DNA of 64,000 nt, from positions 1 to 64,000 of the forward strand of contig DF237223.1 of assembly GCA_000708835.1 (NCBI GenBank), given 5' to 3'. The translations under genes and the position numbers were made by a program. This stretch comes from Klebsormidium nitens. Lineage: Eukaryota; Plantae; Klebsormidiophyceae. This document shows, piece by piece, positions 61,817 through 64,000 of the stretch (the first letter of the stretch is position 1; each line of letters begins with the position of its first letter). A model generated the notes under the pieces. The model made no database searches and was not told where the DNA came from. It saw only the letters and a list, made by a program, of their open reading frames with translations.

Positions 61817-64000
61817 AACAAGCTCCTCCTTCCAGGCACGCCCTGCAAACCCGTGTACAGACTTACTTCAGAACAAGATTCTGCGAATCACCAGCAGAAC
61901 ACTCAGGATGCTTACCTATACCCTGAAGGCATACCGAAGGAGAGTAATGAGGTTTAAGGCCCGCATACCTGGAATGTCATTGTCCGCCACAGGAACATCC
62001 CATGGATCACCCCGTTTTGACCTTCCGAATGACATTGGCTCGAGGACAATGCGCAGTCATATCAGCTGCATGCAATGGCGCCACTTAGACAGGTCAGAAT
62101 TATTACTCGCAGATCCAACATGCAAGTACTTTTATTCACATATAAGGGAAACGCCACGAGAAAAAGCAACGCCAATGACAGCTCGTGTTATCTATGTCTT
62201 TCATCCGAAGCTCCTCATGTCAATGCTTTCTCATCTTGTCTTCTGTCTGGCTGACCAGCAAAGGACGGTCTATCTGGCCCCCAGCAACAAGGATGGTTTA
62301 GGCAAGATATGCTGTGGTTGATCTGATAAGAGACAAGACCATGATTCTGGACGAAGGGATTGATCGCAAGGTCTTCGAAACGCTCCTCCTAGACTTCCGT
62401 TCGACTTTAGATCCTTCAACCTCATCATGCCTATCTTACGCGGAATTGCAGAATTTGACTCTCAAATCTCAGTCTTCCGCCGACTTCTCGAAGCTGCCTT
62501 CTAACCAGCGTGGCGCCATGCTGATGAAAGCTGAGAGTCACCGCTCACCTGGACAGATCCCAAGCACCACTATGATTCTTACAAGAGTGAATTGCCATCG
62601 CTTTCAAGAAACACTTGCGCTTGAGCTGCTCTCTTCAGCTGGTTCACCTGTCCGCATGACTCGTAAGCTGTTTCTCCTGGTGCTTCAGCCTCGATTGCTT
62701 TGATCAGCAAGGGTGAGCGCATCTAAATCGTCTGTGACTCCCATCCAGCTTCACAGCCGACGATCTCCATGATCGGACGGTCTGCATAAGCTTACACTCT
62801 GTCTGAGACAGTACCACAGGTTGACTTGACAATCAAGTTGCCTCGTACAATCTTATCTGAGCAAGAGTGCGCACGATCAGACACTGCTCGAAGATTGACC
62901 GATGATGACGACAAGCCCTGAGCGCATAAACTGTCATGTCACAGCCGTCGACACGGGGATAGCTCTCTTTCAGCATTCCGACCGCAGCCCTTTCAATTGT
63001 GCAGGTCATCCTTTCAAGATATGAGGTTTGCGAACTGCAGCTCTTACGCATTGCTTGCATGGTAGGTTTGCACTTCAAAGGCTAGCTATAGATATAGTGC
63101 TAACTATAAAGAGGTCAGGGTCAGTGATGGAACGCAGTCATTGAATCTACAAAGGTAAGTACAGCATTACTACTTTGCAAAGGCGTGTTACGATCATTAG
63201 TCTTCTATTTACAACGGCTGGAATTAGCGTTCTGCAACCAAACTCCATATATGCGCCCCAAAAAATTATTTGCTGGACTACGTTGATTTGTACAGGTAAA
63301 GCTAAACGCAAGTATGTTGATTGCATGGAACTCGCTATTCTTATGATTATGTGTGCAGTGGATAGAAGCTTCAAAAAGGACCCCGAAAAGACACGTAGCT
63401 ACGCATCTGGCCGGCCCTCAAATAATAGGGATTCGGAGACGAGGCCGGAATATGTCAAAGCATCAGAAGAGATCCCACTGCACATTACTAACACCAGTCA
63501 CGAAGCACGCTTTCTGTACGAGGACAATAAGCATGGCCGATTTTGTGTTCGAAGCACACGACCAGCGCATGTGCATGTTGTTTGATCTAGTATACGATGG
63601 ATGCTGCTTGACTTGGCCTTTAATACGAGGTACTTCTGCATGAAACAATGTCCATCCATGTCGACCTTCAACGCGGAAAGCATGTAATCGGCGATCTACC
63701 GCCAAATATGGCTCATGTAACGGCAGCGTCTCTAAAAGGCCCTACATCGGCTGCAAGATCCGAAACTTCGTCACAAAACAGTCAATCATATGCGCAAATG
63801 TAATGAAGGCTCACTAGAAGCGAACATGCATGATCTCTGGTGCAAAAATGTTCCGCTACTTCGCGCATACCAGGACTCTAAAAGCGGACCGATATTCTAC
63901 AAATCACGAAGCATCAGCCCATCTCACGTCGGAAGAGTCAATCAGTCAGTGCTAATTCATGCAGTCCACTATAATTGTCAGCTTAAATGTATCTAAACCC

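Noticed and set aside
62800-64000. Short ORFs at the window end
   Set aside because: No motifs or consistent splice structure, so they could not be assigned.
1-64000. CRISPR arrays, rRNA genes and prokaryotic operons
   Set aside because: I saw no repeat-spacer arrays or rRNA signatures, and the genes are spliceosomal-intron eukaryotic genes.

Overview
Intron-rich eukaryotic nuclear DNA with GT-AG introns and plant-like proteins. It most resembles a streptophyte (charophyte, Klebsormidium-like) green alga; this is inferred from gene content, not confirmed. Genes from left to right: a plastid YlmH/Sll1252-type S4 RNA-binding protein (+); two tandem long-chain chromate-ion (CHR) transporters (-) separated by a decayed coding island; a Ty3/gypsy LTR-retrotransposon relic (tRNA-Lys primer-binding site plus broken gag) split by a 791-bp TTAA-flanked foldback element; a ZIP zinc/iron transporter (+); an intronless orphan ORF and a small zinc-finger gene (+); a KAPP-type FHA-PP2C phosphatase (-); a WW-domain protein (+); a Zwint-1/Sos7/Kre28-like kinetochore protein (-); gamma-tubulin complex component GCP2 (-); a GCR1_C-domain putative transcription factor with a Met-Gln-Pro-Gly repeat tail (+); and a large coiled-coil protein (-). 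I found no rRNA, intact tRNA or CRISPR array. The most notable items are the GCR1_C protein (a domain mostly known from fungi and Crypton transposons), the Zwint/Sos7-like gene, and the nested foldback-in-gypsy insertion. All family calls come from manual motif recognition; no database search was run. Exon boundaries are hand-derived, and several 5' ends are uncertain.
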